Source of the DNA: Mustelus asterias
Taxonomy: Eukaryota
Reading direction: 5' to 3'
Assembly: GCF_964213995.1 (NCBI RefSeq)
Contig: NC_135803.1
Coordinates: forward strand, 141,050,001-141,114,000
Length of the DNA stretch: 64,000 bases
In this document: one piece after another, positions 53,101-61,100 of the stretch
How positions within the stretch are numbered: position 1 is the first letter of the stretch
Layout: every line of letters begins with the position of its first letter
Made by a program: the position numbers and the translations under genes
Notes under the pieces: model-generated
The model's input: only the letters and a program-made list of their open reading frames with translations
Database searches by the model: none
Told to the model about the DNA's origin: nothing

Positions 53101-53645
53101 AGACTGGGATTGGGGATCAGTCTGGGATTGGGGATCAGGTTGGGATTGGGGATAAAGTTGGGATTGGGATCAATCTCTGATTGGATGTGAGACTGGGATT
53201 GGGGATCAGGTTGGGATTGGGGATCAGGTTGGGATTGGATGTGAGACTGGGATTGGGCATCAGGTTGGGATTGGGGATCAGGTTGGGATTGGGCATCAGG
53301 TTGGGATTGGGCATCAGGTTGGGATTGGGATCAATCTGGGATTGGATGTGACACTGGGATTGGGGATCAGTCTGGGATTGGGGATCAGTCTGGGATTGGG
53401 GATAAGGTTGGGATTGGGATCAATCTGGGATTGGATATGAGAGTGGGATTGGGGATCAGGTTGGGATTGGGGGTCAGGTTGGGATTGGGGATCAGTCTGA
53501 TCTCCGGCTCCGGCTCTGCCCCCCGGGCCGGGCCTCCCTGCCGCCTCCGGGCCGGTACCTGTTTCACCTCCTCGCCGTGTCTGACCAGCTGCACCTCCCC
53601 GTAGCTGCCTCTTCCCACCGTGCGGATAACCAGGTACCGCTCCAT
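20026..53645 (-). CDS. NEK4: NIMA-related serine/threonine kinase 4, complete; 16 coding exons, about 810 aa
   Basis: Kinase motifs [40 protein letters not shown]4-type C-terminal motifs [42 protein letters not shown]. All junctions are GT..AG and phase-consistent (2433 nt total). Adjacent to SPCS1 as in human. Confidence 0.95.
20221..20354 (-). CDS. NEK4: NEK4 exon 15
   Basis: [10 protein letters not shown]...[18 protein letters not shown]...RRE. Confidence 0.93.
20566..20771 (-). CDS. NEK4: NEK4 exon 14
   Basis: [18 protein letters not shown]...[11 protein letters not shown]...FRT. Confidence 0.92.
20931..21975 (-). mobile_element. Penelope-like element 3' part (GIY-YIG plus pLTR) interrupted by a SINE at 21540-21868
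   Basis: [11 protein letters not shown]|[17 protein letters not shown] reading across the insert; the SINE is flanked by TSD CAGGTA (21534, 21869). Confidence 0.88.
20993..21027 (-). ncRNA. Minimal hammerhead ribozyme motif (imperfect stem II)
   Basis: CAC-CUGAUGA-A-GAGGC(UGC)GCUCC-GAAA-GC-UA-GUG. Confidence 0.6.
22497..23200 (-). mobile_element. RTE-type LINE RT fragment
   Basis: QSRF..DMVF..VNREGLW..YRTDG.LFNL remnants. Confidence 0.7.
23615..23709 (-). CDS. NEK4: NEK4 exon 13
   Basis: [31 protein letters not shown]|gtgagt. Confidence 0.92.
24147..24489 (-). mobile_element. HE1/V-SINE-like tRNA-derived SINE with CR1-type tail (also near 19303, 21540, 40666, 43755, 50741, 51147)
   Basis: A/B-box head, GGGTTTCCTCCGGGTGCTCCGGTTTCCTCCCAC-type core, GGGCCGAATGGCCT..(TTCTATG)n tail. 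Confidence 0.85.
25902..26017 (-). CDS. NEK4: NEK4 exon 12
   Basis: (V)STSRRSS...CHGK|gtaatg; phase-compatible. Confidence 0.82.
26127..27920 (+). mobile_element. Rex1/Babar-type LINE, degraded RT and 3' end
   Basis: [52 protein letters not shown]; (TCAAA)n tail. Confidence 0.88.
28567..28633 (-). CDS. NEK4: NEK4 exon 11
   Basis: [22 protein letters not shown]. Confidence 0.92.
28780..29660 (-). mobile_element. L2-type LINE 3' fragment
   Basis: AAFDM..LL; [20 protein letters not shown]; AAGGTGCTATATAAAT tail. Confidence 0.78.
29911..30210 (+). mobile_element. Rex1-type 3' end fragment with an inverted tail copy at its 5' side
   Basis: Matches 27665-27920; 21-bp inverted repeat 29911-29931/30190-30210. 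Confidence 0.8.
30802..31164. mobile_element. hAT/Charlie-like non-autonomous DNA transposon (MITE); partial second copy near 29700-29860
   Basis: Termini CAGTGCTTTTCAAA..TTCGAAACACACTG; degenerate 8-bp TSD TTCTAGTG/GTCTGGTG. Confidence 0.65.
32114..32266 (-). CDS. NEK4: NEK4 exon 10
   Basis: [13 protein letters not shown]...IGASQ|gtttgt. Confidence 0.82.
32629..32769 (-). CDS. NEK4: NEK4 exon 9
   Basis: EEPPEN...[12 protein letters not shown]...IEK|gtaagg. Confidence 0.85.
32940..33006. repeat. 31-bp inverted repeat with a 5-nt loop
   Basis: Arms 32940-32970 and 32976-33006, 2 mismatches. Confidence 0.9.
33084..33140 (-). CDS. NEK4: NEK4 exon 8
   Basis: gacag|[19 protein letters not shown]|gtaagt; strong splice sites, in frame. 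Confidence 0.75.
35053..35466 (-). CDS. NEK4: NEK4 exon 7 (donor could instead be 35059)
   Basis: KEEKACQE...[20 protein letters not shown]|gtagga; open 414 nt. Confidence 0.8.
35670..38430 (-). mobile_element. Nested CR1 LINEs: an older copy interrupted by a SINE (36821-37073) and a younger CR1 (37143-38370)
   Basis: [33 protein letters not shown]; the younger copy closely matches 1420-2472. Confidence 0.9.
39224..39362 (-). CDS. NEK4: NEK4 exon 6
   Basis: KAMKTRKK...RKYIK|gtcaga; phase-compatible with exon 5. Confidence 0.8.
40183..40337 (-). CDS. NEK4: NEK4 exon 5
   Basis: [12 protein letters not shown]...ALFLEATK, 155 nt. Confidence 0.94.
41406..41513 (-). CDS. NEK4: NEK4 exon 4
   Basis: [36 protein letters not shown], 108 nt. 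Confidence 0.96.
41687..41998 (-). mobile_element. V-SINE with alternative tail (also near 3160, 6597, 8500, 31296, 36821, 55996, 57038)
   Basis: Same head and core; tail CTAGGGGATTTTCACAG..TTCATTGCAGTG..AATAAATAAACTTT. Confidence 0.85.
42603..42800 (-). CDS. NEK4: NEK4 exon 3
   Basis: [16 protein letters not shown]...NKPYNHK, 198 nt. Confidence 0.96.
43002..43466 (-). mobile_element. CR1-type 3' UTR/tail fragment
   Basis: GGGCCGAAGGGCCTGTTCC hairpin plus (TTCTTTG)-type tail. Confidence 0.65.
44148..44430 (+). mobile_element. Short PLE insertion (ORF fragment fused to pLTR)
   Basis: TSD TGAAGTTACAA at 44137-44147 and 44430-44440; pLTR matches the other copies. Confidence 0.82.
44518..44784 (-). 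CDS. NEK4: NEK4 exon 2
   Basis: YVVKKLNL...[10 protein letters not shown], 267 nt, AG/GT flanks. Confidence 0.96.
44930..45800 (-). mobile_element. Degraded CR1 3' fragment
   Basis: FADDTKL, KCEVIH-like, LEY..QFWSP remnants. Confidence 0.78.
47335..49510 (+). mobile_element. Decayed, internally deleted L1-type element (ORF1 remnant plus 3' end)
   Basis: Coiled coil followed by [17 protein letters not shown] (resembles the L1 ORF1p DLENRSRRNNIRIVGLPE motif); ends in TCAATAAAAATA. Confidence 0.65.
52145..52786 (-). pseudogene. Processed importin-alpha pseudogene (KPNA6/KPNA5-like), 5'-truncated and frameshifted, in NEK4 intron 1
   Basis: Intronless [12 protein letters not shown]...ALNGLE, then a frameshift to [36 protein letters not shown]...PMEGFQL*. 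The expected NILRLG segment is deleted. Confidence 0.92.
52960..53500. repeat. G-rich 18-bp minisatellite (GGGATTGGGGATCAGGTT-like)
   Basis: About 30 degenerate units built from 6-bp subunits. Confidence 0.95.
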
Positions 53646-53830
53646 TGCCGCTCAGCGCCGCTGCGAGGCTGCGGGAGGCCGCGGACACCCGGCGCTTTCC
53701 TCAGCGGCCTCTTCATTCATGTCTCAGCCGAGTCGGGTTACAGGAAATCGGTGCGAAACAGGCCGGAGCCCCGAAGCCGCTTCCCCATCGCCAGGCAACC
53801 GGGGCGGGGGGGGGGAGGGGGACAACCCGC
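53490..53830. promoter_or_regulatory. CpG island / NEK4 promoter and exon 1
   Basis: Very GC- and CpG-rich; GC-box-like GGGGCGGGG near 53801. Confidence 0.7.
53559..53645 (-). CDS. NEK4: NEK4 exon 1
   Basis: [29 protein letters not shown]|gtaccg. Confidence 0.93.
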
Positions 53831-54625
53831 AGCGGGCACGGTCCGCCAGCACCACCAGGAGGCCAGGCTGGGAACTGCAGCGGAACGGTCCGCCAGCACC
53901 ACCAGGAGGCCAGATTGGGAACTACACCGGGCACGGTCCGCCAGCACCACCAGGAGGCCAGACTGGGAACTGCAGCGGAACGGTCCGTCAGCACCACCAG
54001 AAGGCCAGACTGGGAACTGCAGCGGAACGGTCCGTCAGCACCACCAGGAGGCCAGACTGGGAACTGCAGCGGAACGGTCCGTCAGCACCACCAGGAGGCC
54101 AGGCCGGAACTGCACCGGGCACGGTCCGCCAGCACCACCAGCAAGCCAGGTCGGAACTGCACCAGGCACGGTCCGGCAGCACGATCAAGAGGCCAAGCTG
54201 GCAACCGCAGCAGGCACGGTCCTCCAGCACCACCAGGAGGCCAGACTGGGAACTGCAGCGGGCGCCGTCCTCCCGCACCATCCGGAGGCCAGGTCGGGAA
54301 CTGCAGCGGGCACGGTCCGCCAGCACCACCAGGAGGCCAGGCCGGGAACTGCAGCGGCACTGTCCGCGCGCACTGTCCGCCAGCACCACCAGGAGGCCAG
54401 GCCGGGAACTGCAGCGGAACGGTCCGTCAGCACCACCAGGAGGCCAGGCCGGGAACTGCAGTGGGCACGGTCCGCTAGCGCCACCAGGAGGCCAGGCCGG
54501 GAACTGCAGTGGGCACGGTCCGCTGGCGCCACCAGGAGGCCAGGCCGGGAACTGCAGTGGGCACGGACGTCAGCGCCACCAGGAGGCCAGACTGGGAACT
54601 GCAGCGGGCACTGTCCGCCAGCACC
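53828..54625. repeat. 47-48-bp GC-rich minisatellite, about 16-17 copies; resumes at 55629-55793
   Basis: GGTCCG registers at 53840, 53887, 53935, 53982; core CAGCACCACCAGGAGGCCAG..GGGAACTGCAG. Confidence 0.95.
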
Positions 54626-55628
54626 TTCTTCAGGTGAGTGAGGAGTTGTATCCACAAACAGGGCATATAAAGACACAAACTCAATTTACAAGATAATGGT
54701 TGGAATGCAAGTCTTTACAGGTAATCAAGTCTTAAAGGTACAGACAATGTGAGTGGAGAGAGGGTTAAACACAGGTTAAAGAGATGTGTATTACAGCTGC
54801 AGTATTACACATCTCTTTAACCTGTGCTTAACTCTTTCTCCACTCACATTGTCTGTACCTTTAAGACTTGATTACCTGTAAAGACTTGCATTCCAACCAT
54901 TATCTTGTAAATTGAGTTTAAGACCATAAGACATAGGAGCGGAAGTAAGGCCATTCGGCCCATCGAGTCCACTCCACCATTCAATCATGGTTGATTTCAA
55001 CTCCATTTACCCACTCTCTCCCCATAGCCCTTAATTCCTCGAGAAATCAAGAATTTATCAATTTCTGTCTTGAAGACGCTCAACGTCTCGGCCTCCACAG
55101 CCCTCTGTGGCAATGAATTCCACAGACCCACCACTCTCTGGCTGAAGAAATTTCTCCTCATCTCTGTTCTAAAGTGACTCCCTTTTATTCTAAGGCTGTG
55201 CTCCCGCGTCCTAGTCTCCCCTGTTAATGGAAACAACTTCCCTACGTCCATCCTATCTAAGCCGTTCATTATCTTGTAAGTTTCTATCAGATCTCCCCTC
55301 AACCTCCTAAACTCCAATGAATATAATCCCACGATCCTCAGACGTTCATCGTATGTCAGGCCTACCATTCCTGGGATCATCCGTGTGAATCTCCGCTGGA
55401 CCCGCTCCAGTGCCAGTATGTCCTTCCTGAGGTGTGGGGCCCAAAATTGCTCACATTTGTGTCTTTATATGCCCTGTTTGTGAACAGAACTCCCACTTAC
55501 CTGATGAAGGAGCAGCGCTCCGAAAGCTAGTGGCTTGTGCTACCAAATAAACCTGTTGGACTTTAACCTGGTGTTGTGAGACTTCTTACTGTGCCCACCC
55601 CAGTCCAACGCCGGCATCTCCACATCAT
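54624..55628. mobile_element. Fold-back PLE pLTR pair interrupted by a CR1 3' fragment (54920-55455)
   Basis: Inverted arms around a short loop near 54794-54800; the right arm resumes at 55456 and ends with the hammerhead motif and tail. Confidence 0.85.
55498..55532 (+). ncRNA. Minimal hammerhead ribozyme motif
   Basis: UAC-CUGAUGA-A-GGAGC(AGC)GCUCC-GAAA-GC-UA-GUG. Confidence 0.72.
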
Positions 55629-58039
55629 CGCCAGCACCACCAGGGGGCCAGGCCGGGAACTGCAGTGGACATTGTCTGCCAGCACCACCTGGAGGCCAGG
55701 CTGGGAACTGCAGTGGACATGGTTCGCCAGTACCAACAGGAGGTCAGGCTGGGAACTGCAGTGGGCACGGTCCTCCAGCACCACCAGGAGGCCACAACAA
55801 GAACAGAAAAGGCTGGAAAATTTCAGCTGGTCTGACAGCATCTGTGGGCAGAGAATAGAGCCAACATTTCGAGTCAGGGTGACCCTTAGTCAGAGCTCCG
55901 ACGCAACAAGAACAAACGCAGCCACTAGACCCACATCCTAGGGGAGAGCCCCAAGGTCAAGCCCTTTGCTCCAGCCTAAGCCCACCCGACCTGAGGTTAA
56001 AGTTTATTTATTGGTCACAAGTAAGGCTTACATGAACACTGCAATGAAGTTACTGTGAAAATCCCCTAGTCGCCACACTCCGGCGTCTGTTCGGGTCAAT
56101 GCACCCTAACCAGCATGTCTTTCAGACTGTGGGAGGAAATAGCAGACACGGGAAAATGTGCAAATTCCACACAGACAGCGACCCAAGCTGGGAATTGAAC
56201 CCAGGTCCCTGTGAGGCACCAGTGCTAACCACTGTGCCACCGTGCAGCCCCAGAAGAAAGGATCTCCAGGTCCTTTAGGGGACCCTTCCTCTGCAGCCTG
56301 GCCGCAGCAAAGGGCACATGGGCACACCACCTACCCCCCCCCCCCCCCTCACTGGAGTGCAAGGCGCCAGGTCCATGCTTGTCAGGACCTGCATCAAAGC
56401 CCGCTCGGTGGGCTTCCTGCACCAAAGCCCGCTCGGTTTGCTTCCTGCTGGGGAGGGGGTGGGGGGTGGATTGCCAATGCAGGAGGTCGCTGAATTGGGC
56501 TTCCAAGCTGCTAATTAAATATCTTTGAGGGATTTTGAATATTCACTGGGTTCCTGCCCGCTCTGAGTGGGAACCACGTTGGGGAACATCGTGACAGGTT
56601 TGCTGCCCGATAGGAATCCCGTTTTAGGCCCAATGCCTGATTGAACGAACCATCAAGATTCCCATCGGGGCTAACAGGCCTGGTGAATCCCAGCCAAAAT
56701 CTGGTCATAATTTGAGTAGAAAATTCCAAATGGATACAATTAAAAAAGTTGCCCCAATGCTGAGATCTACAATCAAAATATCTCAGCTACAAACAGAAAT
56801 ATTAATAAACTTTGAACCTGGTTAGAAAAATGCAGGGAAACTGATTATTAACAATTTTGGAGAAGAACATAGGATATTTTGCTTGAAAAAATTATCTTCC
56901 ACCTAAACAGCAGAAACATTTAACACAACAGTGCCAAATCATAGGCAAGTAGAATGATCATTGAGAGAAAAAGAGGTATAAATGACTACAAGGCAGCCAA
57001 AGAAAGGGAAGTAAGAATCAAACAAAAGTATTAATATGGGCGGCATGGTGGCACAATGGTTAGCATTGCTGCCTCACAGGGACCCACGTTTGATTCCCGG
57101 CTTGGGTCACTGCCTGTGCGGAGTCTGCACATTCTCCCCGTGTCTGTATGGGTTTCCACTGAGTGCTCCAGTTTCCTCCCACAGTCTGAAAGACATGCTG
57201 GTTAGATGCATTGGCCATGCTAAATTCTCCTTCAGTGTAACCCGAACAGGTGCCAAAGTGTGGCGACTAGGGGGATTTCATTGCAGTGATTTCATTGCAG
57301 TGTTAATGTAAGCCTACTTGTGACACTAATAAATAAACTTTAGATGTTAGAAATCTAAATTATGAACCAAATTCACACATGGGAGAATGTAAACAGGTAA
57401 GATTTCACCCCTATATTAGATGACTTAGGCCACAAGGATATTAAGGGATCTTGAACAGCCGCCGGTGATCTCGAGGACAGGGAGTGTGGGCTTAAGATCC
57501 CGTCCTATGTCATTCCAGTTATCAGAAAACAAATGTTCATTTTACTCAGTGTGGGCAACTGTATAATGCCAACATACTGAATGCATATGTATGAGTGTCT
57601 GGAGCACATGAATCTCAACATGGGGGGAGGAAACAGCAGAATTCCATGCGAGAGAATGAATGATGGACACAGAAGTGACAAGTTTGTTTAAAATGAACAT
57701 GGTGAATTTATTATTGGCGTATTCTGTGTATATTGCTAGATCAGATACATTGGATTGCACAAATGCAGCGTTTTTCTGGAATCAGATCCATCAGACTCAC
57801 TTGCCCTTGTCTCTTGTCAGGTGCCTTCTTGTCATTCCATTGCTTACACACAGAATAAATTTGGCCATTTGACATAAAGAGATTCCAGTTTAAAGGAACA
57901 ACTGAATTTATTTGAGGAAACTGGAAACACTTGTAGATGTACAATTTTCAACCTATATTCAATTGACATATGAAGTGATTGAACAATAAAGCTATGCAAA
58001 TGATACTAAAGGGATAATCTTTCACCATCTGCTCTCGGA

Positions 58040-58184
58040 TTACGCAGGTAGTGAATCAAATAAAGAAGGAACAACGTAGTCAGTGGGAATTCCGTCAAAA
58101 ACTCCTTTCCCGCTGTAGTGGACCAACCAGCATGGGATATTGGTACCTCGCCTTGGATCAAATCTGTAATCTTTCTGGTATCCC
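58040..58184 (-). CDS. ITIH-like terminal exon
   Basis: GYQKDYRFDPRRGTNIPCWLVHYSGKGVFDGIPTDYVVPSLFDSLPA*. Confidence 0.92.
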
Positions 58185-61100
58185 CTAAAATTAAAAATAT
58201 CAATAAAATGAATGTAAGAAACATGCAGAGAAATTACAATATTAAATAGACATGATGTGGAGATGTCGGCATTGGACTGGGTGGGCACAGTAAGACGTCT
58301 TCACCTGATGAAGGAGAAGTGCTCTGAAAGCTCGTGATTCTAAATAAACCTGTTGGACTTTAACCTGGTGTTTTGAGACGATATTAAACAGCACACATCG
58401 AAAATGTTAACACTACCTTAAAAATCTTACCTTGTCACCCCGAGTTTGTGGCCCTGTACAATCATTGTCGTGTCAGGTTTGCCTTGATCTGAGCTCAGGT
58501 GTTCCTCGGTACTTATTTCATGGTAAAACTGGCCTGTGTCAAAATAAGGATGAATTAAGACGACTGGAAAGTCATGAGCGCAGGCAGGATATGCAAGAAG
58601 AGTAAGGAAAACTTAGTTTGTTCCATCTGTGAAGATGACCTAATTATTCATTAGGGGTGAATGAGTTATAGAAACATAGAACTCAGGAGTAGGCCATTCA
58701 GCCCTTCGAACCTGCTCCACCATTCATTTTGATCATAGCTGATATTCAATATCCTGTTCCCCCCTTCCCCCGTATCCCTTGGTCCCTTTAGCCCCAAGAG
58801 CTAAAGAGTTTAGAAGCAGTTGCTTGATTTTGTAATTAAACCAAGAATTTCAGTTTTCTTTGTAGTGTAATTCATTGGCTTGTGCAAGAACTTTGGTGGT
58901 AGTCTAGTTTGGTATAAAATTAATGTAAACTTTGGAATAGATATTCCCAAAAATGATAGCAAAATAATAATTTCTGTTTGGTAGGAGTCCTGGAATTGAA
59001 ATCTCCGTAACCAGGATAAAGTATTCTTTTCACTTTCCCCCCCCCCCCCCCACAAATGAGTGATTTAATTAGTCATAGAGGTATACAGTACAGAAAAAGG
59101 CCCTTCAGCCCATCATGTCTGTGCCAATCAAAGACAGACCACCTAACTATTCTAACCCCATTTTCCAGCACTTGGCCCATGGCCTTGACATCGCAAGTAT
59201 ACATTTAAGTACGTCTTAAATGGGGTATGAGGGTCTCATAATGATGTGAATATTTACTCTCTGGACTATTCTGTAACACTAAACGGAATAGATGCTGCCT
59301 AATTCACAGTCTGTTACAGTGAAGGATGCAAATTACTGCTCTTGGGACATATATTCTGCAGCCATTACTAAATATGATACTAGAATATTATAAGCTTTTG
59401 ATGCAAAGGTATTTATAAAAGCACTTCACCATTGTACAAAAGCTATATCTCCCTTTAGAGTGGCTCAATGTTTAACTATGACTTTACAGGTAATAGAGTG
59501 AATGTGCTACTTACCGAGTAACCCATGGGTCATATTAGAGAGCCTGTGGCTGTCATGTGTATAAAATCCCAGGAAGTGTCTGTGTACAGGACGATGTTTC
59601 CTCACCCGATGCAGCAGAATAACAAATGTTGCAGCATCGTCCATTGTCAGTGTGAGGTTCCTGTTTTTTACGATGGAAATCGAGAAACTAGGAAATGGAT
59701 ATTAGAGATGATGAATTAGGCAGTTTCGAAACATTGATATCCTGAATATTGAATTAGCATAAATAAAGTTCTCAAAATTGTCCATTTTAGAAACCCATTT
59801 TCAGGAGGTGCCATTCAGTTAGTCTATCGTTCTTATATCGATCCTTCCAGATAGCAAGACCAAAGCAGATGCTGGCTACGCAACCCTCTCTTGTCACACT
59901 GGCAGGTCCAAAGAGCTCTTTGGCCTCAGACTACATTCCTATATTTATCAATTTTGCTTCCAATTTCCACTCCTCTATCCCCCTCACATGGTCTATCTCT
60001 GACACTTCTCTTCCCTTCCTTGACCTCTCCGTCTCCATTTCTGATGATAAACTGTCCACCAGTATCCATTACAAACCACTGACTCCCACAATTACCATGA
60101 CTACAGCTCTTCACACTCCACATCCTGTAAGGATTCCATCCCATTCTCTCAGTTCCTTCATCTCTGCCACATCTGTTCAGATGATGCCACTTTCCAAAAT
60201 AGCGCTGTCAATATGTCTTCCTTCTTCCTCAATCATGGTTTTCCACCCACTGTGGTTGACAGGGTTCATGACTGCGTCTGACCCATTCCCCGGGCCACTT
60301 CTCTCACCCCCTCCCCTCCCTCTCGGAATCAGGATAGGGTCCCCTTATCCTCACCTTTCACCCCACCAGCCTCCGCATTCAAAGGATTCCGCCATTTCCG
60401 CCAACTCCAGCATAATGCCACCACTCAAACACATCTTCTCTTCACTCCCCCTGGTCAGCATTCCTTAGGGGCCATTCTCTCCAGGACACCCTGGTCCACT
60501 CTTCCGTCACACCCAACACTTCAGCCCCTGCTCATGGCACCTTCCCATGCAATCATTGAAGGTGCAACACCTGCCTCTCTACCTCCTCCCTGCTCACCAG
60601 CCCAGGTCCTAAGCATTTCACATGCACCTTCCTCAATCTGGTCTATTGCATTTGCTGCTCCCAATGCAGTCTACTCTACATTGGAGAGACCAAACACAGA
60701 CTGGGTCACTGTTTTGCTGAACACCTTCAGTCCATCCGCAAGGAGGACCCAGACCTTCCTGTGGCTTACCACTTCAACACACCACTCTTGTCCACATATC
60801 TGTCCTTGGTCTTTTGCAATGTTCTAGTGAACCCCAATGCAAACTGGAGGAACAGCACCTCATCTTCCGATTGGGCACTTCACAGCCTTCTGGACTGAAC
60901 GTTGAGTTCAACAATTTTAGAGCATGAACTCTCCCCTCCACCTTCACCTCATTTCTATTTATTTGATTATATTTCGTTTTTTCATCTCATTCATCCATTT
61001 TTACCATCCTTCTTTCTCTCTTCTTTTTTTCCACTTCTCCATTTCCGCTCTCCTTCTTGCTCCCCCCCCCCCCCCCAGCTTCAGGCCAATTGCCTTAACC

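Noticed and set aside
52960-53500. Possible interstitial telomere repeat
   Set aside because: The subunit GGGATT is the mirror image, not a permutation or reverse complement, of TTAGGG.
53828-54625. Regularly spaced repeats resembling a CRISPR array
   Set aside because: Tandem units without unique spacers, eukaryotic context, no cas genes.
53577-54696. Long overlapping ORFs (277-358 aa)
   Set aside because: Stop-free translations of the GC-rich 47-48-bp minisatellite in several frames; not a gene.
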